This document shows positions 8,614-17,858 of a stretch of DNA of 64,000 nt, in pieces. Under the pieces are notes generated by a model. It did no database searches. It saw only the letters and a list, made by a program, of their open reading frames with translations, and had not been told where the DNA came from. Each line of letters begins with the position of its first letter. Position 1 is the stretch's first letter. The translations under genes and the position numbers were made by a program. Source of the DNA: an uncultured Candidatus Binatia bacterium (lineage in GTDB: Bacteria; Desulfobacterota; Binatia; UBA9968; CAXXLF01); assembly GCA_965218425.1 (NCBI GenBank), contig OZ244621.1, forward strand, positions 1,568,001 through 1,632,000. The letters are read 5' to 3'.

Positions 8614-11148
8614 CTATGGGGCGAACTGGTTCAGGGAGACGTAATCCTTGACGTATTCCGGAATGAGACTGCGGTATTTCTCCGGCACGGCGCGGAAGTC
8701 GCGGGTGGAGAAAACCGGGTTGGTTGCCAGGTCGGTGAAGCGCTTGCCGTCGATGATCTCGCGGATCCGGTTGCTGGCGGCATAAGCCTTGAAGTAGCTC
8801 TTGATGGCCGGGATGGACCTGAACTCTTCGGGCTTGTAGTCGGCGACGAACTTGGCGAACTCCTCTTCCAGCAGCTCGTCCTTGGACTTGAAGCGGGGGA
8901 TAAGGCCGAAGACCTTCTCCAGGATCTCGCGCAAGGTCAGGCGGCGGTCCACGGCCGCGGCCCGGCGCAGCTTGGCGAGGGTGTAGTACTCCTCGGGCTT
9001 GTCGAAGACCTCGCGGTTGACGTAGTCGATGACCCGGTCCCACTGGCCGGCTTCGATGGCCGTCGCGATGATTTCGTCCTTACGCACGGCGTCTTCGAAC
9101 TTCTCGAAGAACATGCGGTCGATCTTCATCCCTTCGAATCCGATTTCTTCCTCCTTGATGAGCGACAGGATGTCGGGTCCCAAGTGCTCGTATGCGCCGC
9201 CGACGACCACGGGGCCATCGCCCCCGTCGCCGTTGCCGTCCCCGGGCGGCGGCAGCGTCAGCACCTCGTCGTAGTTGAACTCGGTCTCGAAGTACTCGCA
9301 GTTGCCGAAGAAATCGAAGAGCTTGAAGGCCGTCTTGTCCGGCCTGGCGACGGCGGCCTTGAGGCTGTCGTCGAAAAGCTGTTCGAGGAAGTCGTGCCTG
9401 CGGGTGCCGCGTCCCTTGATCTGGATGAAGTCGGTGGGTGAGAAGATGGGCCGGAACATGCCGAGATTGAGGATATCGGTGCAGTCGTAGCCGGTGGTCA
9501 TCATGCCGACCGTCACGCAGATACGGGCCTTGCCGGTCCTGTAGCCGGGCAGGAAGTTGCCCGAGCCGAGCAGGTTGTTGTTGGCGAAGTTGATGGTGAG
9601 CCGTTGGGCGTCCGGTATCTCGGAGGTGACCTGCACGGCGAAGTCCGACTGGTACTTGCCGGGGAACATGCGGTCGGCCATCCGGTTGAGGATCTGCGCC
9701 AGCTTGGCCGCGTGGTTCTGGCTGACGGCGAAGACGATGGATTTGCCGATCTCGCCGCTGACGGGGTCGCGCAGCGCATTCTCGAGAAAGGTCTTGCAGA
9801 AGAGCCGGTTGGTGGCTTCGGAAAAGAAGCGCTTCTCGAACTCGCGCTGCCCGTACGCCTCCTGCTCATCCTCGCCGCCGTTATCGGTGAACGGGACGAT
9901 AAAGCCTTCTTGGGAGAGGAGTCGGGTGGTTACTTCCGTACGCGCGTCCACCACGGTCGGGTTGACCAGAAAACCGTCTTTCACGCCGTCGAGCAGTGAG
10001 TAGCGAAAGGTCGGCTCACCGCTCTCGCAGCCGAAGGTGCGGTAGGTGTCCATCAGCAGCCGGCGCTCGGCTTCGCGCGGGTCCGTCGCCGCGGGGACGG
10101 CATGGTCGAAGCCCTTCAGGTAGTCGCGGGGCGTCGCGGTGAGGCCGAGCTTGTAGCCGACGAAGTAATCGAACACCGCCCGGGCGTTGCCGCCGATGGA
10201 GCGGTGCGCTTCATCCGAGATGACGAGGTCGAAGTCGGTGGGCGAGAAGAGCTTTTGGTACTTGTTGTTGAACAGCAGGGACTGCACGGTGGCGACGACG
10301 ATCTCCGCGCGACGCCAGTCGTCCCGCTTCTCCTTGTAGATGACCGTCTGGAAGTCGGCGGAAAGCAGCGCGGTGAAGACCTTGCGGGCCTGGTCCTCCA
10401 GCTCCAGGCGGTCCACCAGGAAAAGCGCGCGGCGGGCGTTGCGGGAGCGCAGGAACAGCTTGACGACGGCGGCGGCCGTGAGCGTCTTGCCCGTGCCGGT
10501 GGCCATCTCGAACAGGAACCGGTCCCCGCCGTCCTTTACGCTGCGTTGAAGGGCATGGACGGCTTTAAGCTGATAAGGGCGCAGAAAGCGCAGCTTGTCG
10601 GCCTGGATAAAGCCGGGGCGCTCGGCTTCGTTCTTCCAGGCCGCCTCGGAGGCGTAGTTCGGACGCTGGGTCAGGACGATATAGTCACCGGCGACCGGCT
10701 CATCGATCAAGCGCTTCGGGTCGGGCGTGACCTTTCGGTAGCCGTCCGCCGAGTCGGGCGCAGGGAACGAGGTGATGACGTAGGGGTTGCCGCGTTCGAG
10801 ATCCCAAAAGTAGTGCAGGTTGCCGTTCGAGAGGATCACGAAGCGGCAGTTCTGCGACCGGGCGTACTTGCGGGCCTGCTCTTTACCCGCCAGCGGACTC
10901 TTGTCCTCGGCCTTGGCCTCAAGAACGATGAGCGGGAATCCCTTGCCGTCGAGCAGCAGGAAGTCGATGAAACCCTTGGAGGTCTTCTCGAAATCGTGAC
11001 CCAGCGCGTCGAGGTCGGATTGCTCGATCGTGACGCTTAGTTCGAGGCAGACGTTGGCGGGGCCGTCTCCCTCCGGGAAGAAACGCCAGCCGGCTGCTTC
11101 CAGCAGCTTGTTGATCTTGATACGCGCTGCGGCTTCGCTCATGGGCAC
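8614..11148 (-). CDS. hsdR: Type I restriction endonuclease subunit R (EcoAI/EcoEI-like)
   Basis: Nuclease motif FIDFLL...LEAK. Helicase motifs LRPYQ, MATGTGKT, DEAH, LTAT, TTGYD and QIKGRGTR. 9 bp from hsdMS. Confidence 0.9.
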   Translation of the reverse strand: MPMSEAAARIKINKLLEAAGWRFFPEGDGPANVCLELSVTIEQSDLDALGHDFEKTSKGFIDFLLLDGKGFPLIVLEAKAEDKSPLAGKEQARKYARSQNCRFVILSNGNLHYFWDLERGNPYVITSFPAPDSADGYRKVTPDPKRLIDEPVAGDYIVLTQRPNYASEAAWKNEAERPGFIQADKLRFLRPYQLKAVHALQRSVKDGGDRFLFEMATGTGKTLTAAAVVKLFLRSRNARRALFLVDRLELEDQARKVFTALLSADFQTVIYKEKRDDWRRAEIVVATVQSLLFNNKYQKLFSPTDFDLVISDEAHRSIGGNARAVFDYFVGYKLGLTATPRDYLKGFDHAVPAATDPREAERRLLMDTYRTFGCESGEPTFRYSLLDGVKDGFLVNPTVVDARTEVTTRLLSQEGFIVPFTDNGGEDEQEAYGQREFEKRFFSEATNRLFCKTFLENALRDPVSGEIGKSIVFAVSQNHAAKLAQILNRMADRMFPGKYQSDFAVQVTSEIPDAQRLTINFANNNLLGSGNFLPGYRTGKARICVTVGMMTTGYDCTDILNLGMFRPIFSPTDFIQIKGRGTRRHDFLEQLFDDSLKAAVARPDKTAFKLFDFFGNCEYFETEFNYDEVLTLPPPGDGNGDGGDGPVVVGGAYEHLGPDILSLIKEEEIGFEGMKIDRMFFEKFEDAVRKDEIIATAIEAGQWDRVIDYVNREVFDKPEEYYTLAKLRRAAAVDRRLTLREILEKVFGLIPRFKSKDELLEEEFAKFVADYKPEEFRSIPAIKSYFKAYAASNRIREIIDGKRFTDLATNPVFSTRDFRAVPEKYRSLIPEYVKDYVSLNQFAP

Positions 11149-11243
11149 GAAGCCTCTTTGCCGACGCCTCGGGTCGAGGCCGGCGCTTCTCGCAATACCC
11201 TTTTCCCCATGAACAAATCCCTCTGCTTACCGGAGCTTATCGC

Positions 11244-11561
11244 CTATCGAACGGTGTGGATCTTCAGGTGAAGCCCCTCGCGTTTCTGGAGGTAGCCGAT
11301 GATCTTAAACAGGTTGCGGGCCTGAGGATTGCCGTTGGGGCCGAACATGCGCATCAGGCTCTTGGGCGACTTCGCGATCAACCCGCCAAGCTCCTGGAAG
11401 CCGATGGTGGCGTTGATGTAGTCGTGCAGTACCGCCTTGCCGGTGTCCAGGTCGCCGGAGAGCAGGCACTCGACTCCTTCTTTGAGCAACTCCTCGCGGA
11501 AGGCAGGGTCGCGCTCAATACGCGCCAGAATCGTTTCCTTGAAGTTTCGTGTCAAAGACAT
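11244..11561 (-). CDS. Addiction-module antitoxin / HTH transcriptional regulator
   Basis: MSLTRNFKETILARIERDPAFREELLKEGVECLLSGDLDTGKAVLHDYINATIGF...KSLMRMFGPNGNPQARNLF is a widespread antidote family. The likely start is 11561, not 11654. Confidence 0.8.
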   Translation of the reverse strand: MSLTRNFKETILARIERDPAFREELLKEGVECLLSGDLDTGKAVLHDYINATIGFQELGGLIAKSPKSLMRMFGPNGNPQARNLFKIIGYLQKREGLHLKIHTVR

Positions 11562-11566
11562 GGTTC

Positions 11567-11654
11567 TCAAGTCTCCCGCCGCTTGCGCCGCCTGTATTCC
11601 CGCCAGAGGTCGTGGGCGGCCTTGGGTGTCAAAGTACTCCCTGATTTCAATCAT
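11567..11654 (-). pseudogene. Internally deleted RelE/HigB-type toxin
   Basis: The N-terminus MIEIREYFDTQGR is joined, in another frame, to the C-terminus KAAHDLWREYRRRKRRET*. Most of the toxin is missing. Confidence 0.75.
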
Positions 11655-11740
11655 TGCCGTCAGGTAACCGATACGTTACCATCCAGCGAGCCTCGGCTGC
11701 AAGTGTCTGTATTGGGCCTCCACATTTTGCACTTTCGTAT

Positions 11741-11885
11741 CCGGGGTCAGGCAACATGAAAAAGGGGTCAAGCTCCAGCAAGATGGCGGTTGTACCGGCC
11801 GTCAAACCTGAAAGGAGAAGACCCCATGCTTTACGTCGGGTTAGACTGTCACAAACGATGCGCCCGGGTAAATGCCATCGACGAG
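11741..11885 (+). mobile_element. IS110/IS1111-family left-end remnant, copy 2
   Basis: ATG 11826 gives MLYVGLDCHKRCARVNAIDE. Same leader hairpin and same truncation point as copy 1. Confidence 0.75.
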
Positions 11886-12403
11886 GCGCCCGTCGGCGCA
11901 GCGGTTCGGAAATAATTGAGAACGGCCGGGAAAATCGGAGAAATTCCCGGGCAAGATAACCCAAAAATCGCCCATGCAAAGCCCCTAAAAGGGGCGTGCA
12001 TCGACCGCGCTCGATGCCGCCGGAAACAGAAAAACGTCATGCATGCAGGAAGTCGATACGGACTGAAACGGTCACGGTGGCGTGGTCGTCGGCGGGCACC
12101 GATTCGGGATTGCTTGACAGCGATAGTGCAGAACATCGAGCTGTTGATTGATCATGCACGGCCAAAACCCGGAGCGGTTATGACTCGGTTGGATCTATTG
12201 CGCTATTTAACCGACGCTTGGGCAACAGCCCGACAAGACGTGACCCCGATGCGTAGAGCTTGCAGCCGAATCGGGTCGGCAGACCTTTAAGATAAGAATC
12301 GTAAGGTGATGTTCCCGGTCATCGTCATCGCGGAAGATGAGCCGGCGGCGGATACGAAGTTCCATTGTAGTTCCGAATGGGAGGGGGACGGTCGGATGAT
12401 TCG

Positions 12404-13189
12404 TCAGAGATGGCGGTTCAGGAAATCTATGGTCCGCTGGTGGGCGAGACGTGCCGCCGGCGCATCGAACGCCGCCCCGTCCTCGACGTCAAAACGGTCG
12501 CCGGCGCCTTTGTAGATGTGGACTTCCGTATTCTTATTCCGCGCCATAACTCGTTCGGCGAGCTCCTTCACGGCGTCCAGATCGCTGTCGGCCGCTTTTT
12601 CCGGATAGTGCGCGATAAGCGGCGCTTCCATTTTGTCCAGCCGGTAGGCGGCCGGGGCCGTGATGGCCCCGCTATCGCTATAGTAGACAACGGATGCGCC
12701 GATGTCGAACCCGGCCACCGCCATGTGAAATGACCAGGCGGCCCCGTATCCCCAGCCTGCTACCGCGACGCGCCCGCCATCGACCTGAGGCAGGGAGCGG
12801 AGGTAGGAGAGTCCGCTTCTCATGTTTCTAAACACCACACGGTGATTGCTTTTCTTTATCTGCTCGCCAATGACGGGTCGGACCTCTTCTGCCGAGGCAT
12901 AGGTCTTGCCGTCGAAAGCGTCCAGCGCCAAAGTGACGAACCCGGCGGCGGCAAAGGCCCTCGCCCTTTTCCGCATCTCGTTATTCAGCCCCCCGAAATC
13001 ATGCATGAGGATCAACGTCGGCGCTTTCCCGGCGTTGTCGGGCGTAGCGAGAAACCCCCTTACGTCCCCGTAATAGGCAACCGTTTTTTCCTGAACCGCA
13101 TGGGCACCGAACGGCGCAAGGAGCGTAGCCGCAACGGCCAGCGCCGCCTTGCAGATCAGCCTTCGTGCTCGATGTTTCATCGAATGCAT
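12404..13189 (-). CDS. Exported dienelactone hydrolase family protein, probably catalytically inactive
   Basis: Signal peptide ending AHA and DLH-fold motifs. The nucleophile motif reads GWGYG (canonical GWC.G) and the His motif reads GAGDRF (canonical GA.H.F). Confidence 0.75.
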   Translation of the reverse strand: MHSMKHRARRLICKAALAVAATLLAPFGAHAVQEKTVAYYGDVRGFLATPDNAGKAPTLILMHDFGGLNNEMRKRARAFAAAGFVTLALDAFDGKTYASAEEVRPVIGEQIKKSNHRVVFRNMRSGLSYLRSLPQVDGGRVAVAGWGYGAAWSFHMAVAGFDIGASVVYYSDSGAITAPAAYRLDKMEAPLIAHYPEKAADSDLDAVKELAERVMARNKNTEVHIYKGAGDRFDVEDGAAFDAPAARLAHQRTIDFLNRHL

Positions 13190-13349
13190 GCTCGTTCCCT
13201 CCAGTCGTCACATGTTCGCAGCACCCCGCCGTGCGTCTGGCCCGAACACCTCGGTTTCCCACCCATGCTACGATAATAGACTCTATCCGGTTCCATGCCG
13301 CCCGGTTCAGCAACCGGACCCGCGTCATCGGCGCCTCCCCAGGCGGTCC

Positions 13350-13558
13350 CGCCGCTACACCGAAGCGAGAGAGGTGGCGAACTATCTAACGGGGTGGTAC
13401 AGTTCAATGGGGCGAGTGGAGACGGGCGGGCCGGCCGGGCTGGATCATGGAACGGTAAGCAATGCGGTCGGCCGAGCCGCCGAGAGCAAGGACCGGGGCC
13501 TGGGCGCGGCTTTGAACGAAGCCGTGGCAGAAACCGAGAATCCATAGACACGGGCCCC
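13350..13558 (+). pseudogene. Possible C-terminal remnant of a REP-associated tyrosine transposase (DnaA-C-like HTH)
   Basis: AREVANYL...GLDHGTVSNAVGR...L* followed by AGACACGGGCCCC, similar to GAC.TGACCCC element ends. Confidence 0.4.
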
Positions 13559-13576
13559 GGGGCGGGAGACAACGAA

Positions 13577-14443
13577 ATGAGATCGTCATCGTGGAAACTA
13601 AGCGCCATCGGAGCCGCACTGGGAATATGCGCCGTGATCGGCGCGGCGGGACAGAGCGCGGCCGGAGAGGCGAAGCGTTCGGGGTGGTACATAGGCGCGG
13701 GCGTCGGGATGAACTGGACATCCGAGATGGAGCAGGCGGGCCGCAACCGGGACACCATCTGTTACCCGAACAACGATTGCACCGGCGCCGCGCCCGGGGG
13801 CTATCGATGGCACTACGACCTCTCTGCGGACGGCGGCGCCGCGTTCGAAATCTCAGCCGGCCGCATGTTCGACAGAGCGCGCCTGGAATTGTCTTTGACC
13901 GAGCGAAGAAACGACGTTGAACAAAAATTCACCGGCATCACCTACCTTGACGGATCCGCCATCGTACCCGACCCGGCGAGCAACTATACGGAGTCCGCCG
14001 CGACCGAGATCGATCGTCTGACGGTGCGCACCGTTTCGCTCAACGTCTACTACGACTTCCCCCTTGCGAAGAGCCGGCTCACGCCTTACCTGGGCGCCGG
14101 AGTGGGTGTCTCTTTCGTCAAATTGTCGGGGCTGTATTACCACAGCCGATACTCGTGCAAGGATCCCTCATCGAATTGCGAGAGACCCGAGCAGTACAAC
14201 GGCCGGCAGGATGTCGACCTGTCCGATACCGTCCTCTCCAAGAGCCTCTACGCCGGCGTCGACTACCGCCTGAATGACAGTTTTCTGCTGGGCCTGAAGC
14301 TATCTTACGGCCTGGTGGACGACATGGAGGACAAAAGCGGTTACTCCGAGCATGCGGTTCCCGGCCTCACCAGCCTCACCAAAATAAGCGACATGGACCA
14401 CCTGTCTCTGATGCTCGCCCTGAAGTACCGGTTCGGCGACTGA
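13577..14443 (+). CDS. Outer-membrane beta-barrel protein (Opa/P44-Msp2/OmpA-like)
   Basis: Signal peptide, SGWYIGAGVG, SLNVYYDF, PYLGAGVG, AGVDYRL and terminal LKYRF. Start at ATG 13577 after GGGAG. Confidence 0.8.
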   Translation: MRSSSWKLSAIGAALGICAVIGAAGQSAAGEAKRSGWYIGAGVGMNWTSEMEQAGRNRDTICYPNNDCTGAAPGGYRWHYDLSADGGAAFEISAGRMFDRARLELSLTERRNDVEQKFTGITYLDGSAIVPDPASNYTESAATEIDRLTVRTVSLNVYYDFPLAKSRLTPYLGAGVGVSFVKLSGLYYHSRYSCKDPSSNCERPEQYNGRQDVDLSDTVLSKSLYAGVDYRLNDSFLLGLKLSYGLVDDMEDKSGYSEHAVPGLTSLTKISDMDHLSLMLALKYRFGD

Positions 14444-14479
14444 CGCCGCTCAACGTTCCCCTCGCCTGCGGCCGAGCCG

Positions 14480-16876
14480 CTAGACAACGGGGGCGCCTTC
14501 CGTTGGCTTTGCCGTCTTCGGCCTCACCAGCCACGCGCCGAGCGCCGGCAGGAGCACGATGGCCGCGACCATGTTGACGAGAAACATGAACATCAGCACC
14601 GTGCCCATATCGGCCTGGAACTTGAGCGGCGCGAAGATCCACGTCGCGACCCCCGCCGCCAGAGTGAGGCCGGTGAGCACCACGCCGGCGCCGGTGGTGG
14701 AGAGCGTCCGCTCGTACGCCGCGGCGAAGTCGAGCCCCTGCGCGAGATGGACGCGAAGCCGCCCGTAGATGTAGATCCCATAGTCCACCCCGATGCCCAC
14801 CCCGAGGGCGACCACCGGCAGGGTGGAGATCTTGAGTCCGATCTCCAGCAGAGCCATGAGCGCGTAGGCGAGCAGGGAGACCATGGCGAGCGGCGCGGTG
14901 ATGCAGACCGTTGCCGCCACCGAGCGGAAGGATAGCAGGCACAGGACGATGACCGCGGCGAACACGTAGCCGAGGATCGGGAACTGCGACGCCTCGACCT
15001 CCTCGTTGGTCGCCGCCATCACCCCGACGTTGCCGGCGGCGAGCCGGAAGGCGATGCGGTCGTCGGCGCCGGGGTACGCGGCGCGGAAGCCCTTCACGGC
15101 GTTGACGATGCGCTCGATGGTCTCGGCCTTGTGGTCGGCTGTGAAGATCAACACCGGCATCACGCTGCAATCGGTGTTGAGCAGGCCGGTGCTCGTGGCC
15201 ACGGGGGACACTGCCTGCACGAGCGTATACCGATTGCGCGGCAGGGTCCGCCACTTGAGACTTCCCTCGTTCCAGTTCGCGTTGACGTTACGGGCGACGC
15301 CGGCGAGCCCGATCACCGACTGGACGCCGTCCACGTTGCGCATGTGCCATTCGAAGTCGTCGAGAGTGCTCATCACCTTGTAGTCGACGCAGCCCTCCTT
15401 CACGGCTTCCGCGATCACCGTCAGCACGTCCACGCCGACCTCGAAGCGCTCGGTGATGACGGCGCTGTCGCGGTTGTATTTGGAATCGGCGCGCAACTCC
15501 GGCACGCCGCGGCGCTCGTCGCCCACCCGGACCTCCGTCGCATGGCGCGCCCCCACCGCGAGCAGCAACACTGCCGCGCCGATCACCACCGCGGCAGGAC
15601 CCCGCAGCGCCACCCGCGCGACCCGCGACCACACCGGGCGCAGGAAGTCGTCGCGCGCGCGCGCGGCGCTGCGCTCGTCGTCGTCCACCTCGAAGTACGA
15701 GAGCCACACCGGCAGCAGCGCCAGATTGGTGAGGATGATCGCGGCGACCCCGAGGCTCGCGGTGACGGCGATCTCCTGGATGACCTGCACCTCGATGAGC
15801 GAGATGGTGATGAAGCCGACGGAGTCGGAAGCGAGCGCCACCGAACCCGGCAGCAGCAGGCGGCGGAAGCTCGCCCGCGCGGCATCGAGGCCGCCGGCAC
15901 CGGCGACCGCCTCCGCGCGAACCGCGCTCACCATCTGAACCCCGTGGCTGACTCCGATGGCGAACACCAGGAACGGCACCAGGATGGACATCGGATCAAC
16001 GCCGAAGCCCAGCGCCGTGAGCCCGCCGAGCTGCCACACCACCGCCACCAGGGAGCAGGCCAACGGAGGCACGGTCATACGGATCGACCGGGTGTAGACA
16101 TACACGAACAGGGCGGTGATGAGGAAGGTGAGCCCGAAGAACGCCATCACCCGGGTCGCACCCGCCGCGATGTCCCCCACCAGCTTGGCGAACCCGATGA
16201 CGTGCATGTCTATGTGCACGTCCACGTCGGCGCGGGCCTGCGCCTCGCTGCGTATGCGTTCCAGCTCGCTCGCCACCTCGATGTAGTCGAGCCGCTCGCC
16301 GGTGTTGGGATGAAACTCCTGGAGCTTGCCGCTCACAATGGCGCCGGTGAAATCGTTAGCCACCAGACGGCCGACGATGCCCGCCTTGATGATGTTCTCA
16401 CGCACCCGCGCGAAGCCGGCCTCGGTAGGCTGGAAGTCCGCCGGCAACACGTCGCCGGCAGTGATGCCGTCCTCCACCACCTCGATGAAGCGCACGTTCG
16501 GGGTGAGGACGGAGTAAACCTGAGTCCGGTCGATGCCGGGCAGGAAGAACATCGCATCGGTCACCTGGCGCAACGCGGCGAAGAATTCGGGGGTGAACAT
16601 GTCGCCCTTGCGCGCCACCAGCGCGACCAACACGCGGTCCGCGCCGCCGAACTCGTCCCGGTACTTGAGGAAGGTCCGCATGTACTCGTGCTCGAGGGGA
16701 ACCAGCTTGGTGAAGCCGGCGTCGATCCGGAGCCCCGTCGCGCTCCACGCCATCGCCAGGGTGATGAGCGCGAACGCCGCGAGCACGAGGCCGCGGCGGG
16801 CGAACAGCAGCTTCTCCGAGAGGGCCGTGAACGAAGCCCGCGAGGGAGGGGGAGAAGGGGGTATGGCGGCAGGCAC
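14480..16876 (-). CDS. RND/MMPL-family transporter
   Basis: Two sets of TM helices, FAIGVSHGVQ and LGVGIGVDYGIY; last gene of the DUF1302 cluster. Confidence 0.85.
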   Translation of the reverse strand: MPAAIPPSPPPSRASFTALSEKLLFARRGLVLAAFALITLAMAWSATGLRIDAGFTKLVPLEHEYMRTFLKYRDEFGGADRVLVALVARKGDMFTPEFFAALRQVTDAMFFLPGIDRTQVYSVLTPNVRFIEVVEDGITAGDVLPADFQPTEAGFARVRENIIKAGIVGRLVANDFTGAIVSGKLQEFHPNTGERLDYIEVASELERIRSEAQARADVDVHIDMHVIGFAKLVGDIAAGATRVMAFFGLTFLITALFVYVYTRSIRMTVPPLACSLVAVVWQLGGLTALGFGVDPMSILVPFLVFAIGVSHGVQMVSAVRAEAVAGAGGLDAARASFRRLLLPGSVALASDSVGFITISLIEVQVIQEIAVTASLGVAAIILTNLALLPVWLSYFEVDDDERSAARARDDFLRPVWSRVARVALRGPAAVVIGAAVLLLAVGARHATEVRVGDERRGVPELRADSKYNRDSAVITERFEVGVDVLTVIAEAVKEGCVDYKVMSTLDDFEWHMRNVDGVQSVIGLAGVARNVNANWNEGSLKWRTLPRNRYTLVQAVSPVATSTGLLNTDCSVMPVLIFTADHKAETIERIVNAVKGFRAAYPGADDRIAFRLAAGNVGVMAATNEEVEASQFPILGYVFAAVIVLCLLSFRSVAATVCITAPLAMVSLLAYALMALLEIGLKISTLPVVALGVGIGVDYGIYIYGRLRVHLAQGLDFAAAYERTLSTTGAGVVLTGLTLAAGVATWIFAPLKFQADMGTVLMFMFLVNMVAAIVLLPALGAWLVRPKTAKPTEGAPVV

Positions 16877-16883
16877 GGGCGGC

Positions 16884-17858
16884 CTACTCCGCCGGGGGCA
16901 CGGAAAGGCGCCGCACCCCGAACTCGCCGATCAGCAGCGCGCCGCCACCGGCGAGCGCTACCGCTGCCGAGATCCCTCGGCGCGACGGGAGCTGCACGGA
17001 CGACACGCTGCGCCCATCGTCCCGGCTGGTGAGCAGAGTCCCTTCGAGGCCGGTAATCAGGACCACGTCGCCCTTCAACCTAACGGCATCGGTCAGGGTC
17101 GCGGTGGTCGCGGTGGCCACCCGTGTCCAGCTATCGCCCGCGTCCTCGGAGCGGAATAGATGACCCCGGAGCCCGAGCAGCAGCACCCGATCCACGTCGA
17201 GCGCGAGGGCGCCGAACCACGAGCCGCGGTAAGGAGAGGACAGCGCGCGCCAGGTCTCGCCGCCGTCGTCGGAACGGTACGCGACCCCCGCCTCCGCCGC
17301 GATGAACAGCCGCCGGGCCCCGGCAGGCACGAGCTTGTTCAGGTGAAAATCGTCTTTGCTGATGGCGCGCGAGGTCCAGGTGCCGCCGCCGTCCCGTGTG
17401 ACCAGGAAATAGCCGTAGGCCCCAACCGCGAAGCCGTTGCGCTCGTCGCGGAACCAGACGTCGAGCAGGGGGCGCTCCTCTTCGGGGGCGCGGTGCATCA
17501 GCCGCCAAGTGTCGCCGCCGTCGTCGGTGCGCAGGATCACCGCGTCGTGGCCCACCGCCCAGCCAGTGCTTGGATCGTGCATGTGCACCGCGGTGAGCAG
17601 GGCCCTGGCGGGCACCCGCGCCTGCTTCCAGCTCGCGCCGCTGTCGGTGGAGATCAGGATATGGCCGCGCTCACCGACCACCACCAGCCGCGAACCGGCC
17701 AGCGCCCCGTCGAGCAGCAAGGACTTGATGGCGAGTGGGGCCTCGACGGCCCGTTCAGCGCTTGCGCCGTCCGGTATGAGGAGAATCGACCAGGCGATAA
17801 AAGCGAAAGTTAGTGGCCTGTGCCACGTATAGGCGCGCCAGAATGCGCAGGGCTTCAT
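16884..17858 (-). CDS. YCF48/BNR-repeat beta-propeller protein
   Basis: Repeated S/T-x-D-x-G-x-S/T-W Asp-boxes, VVGERGHIL and AVGHDAVIL. The start overlaps the DUF1329 stop (ATGA at 17855-17858). Confidence 0.85.
   Translation of the reverse strand: MKPCAFWRAYTWHRPLTFAFIAWSILLIPDGASAERAVEAPLAIKSLLLDGALAGSRLVVVGERGHILISTDSGASWKQARVPARALLTAVHMHDPSTGWAVGHDAVILRTDDGGDTWRLMHRAPEEERPLLDVWFRDERNGFAVGAYGYFLVTRDGGGTWTSRAISKDDFHLNKLVPAGARRLFIAAEAGVAYRSDDGGETWRALSSPYRGSWFGALALDVDRVLLLGLRGHLFRSEDAGDSWTRVATATTATLTDAVRLKGDVVLITGLEGTLLTSRDDGRSVSSVQLPSRRGISAAVALAGGGALLIGEFGVRRLSVPPAE

Noticed and set aside
7195..11040. Long alternative ORFs 7195-9441 (+), 7199-9043 (-) and 10102-11040 (+)
   Set aside because: They are antisense or off-frame shadows of the GC-rich hsdMS/hsdR genes, with no motifs or RBS.
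11898..11930. Imperfect inverted repeat CAGCGGTTCGGAAATA / TAATTGAGAACGGCCG as abutted IS ends
   Set aside because: Only about 11/16 match and no associated transposase; too weak to call.
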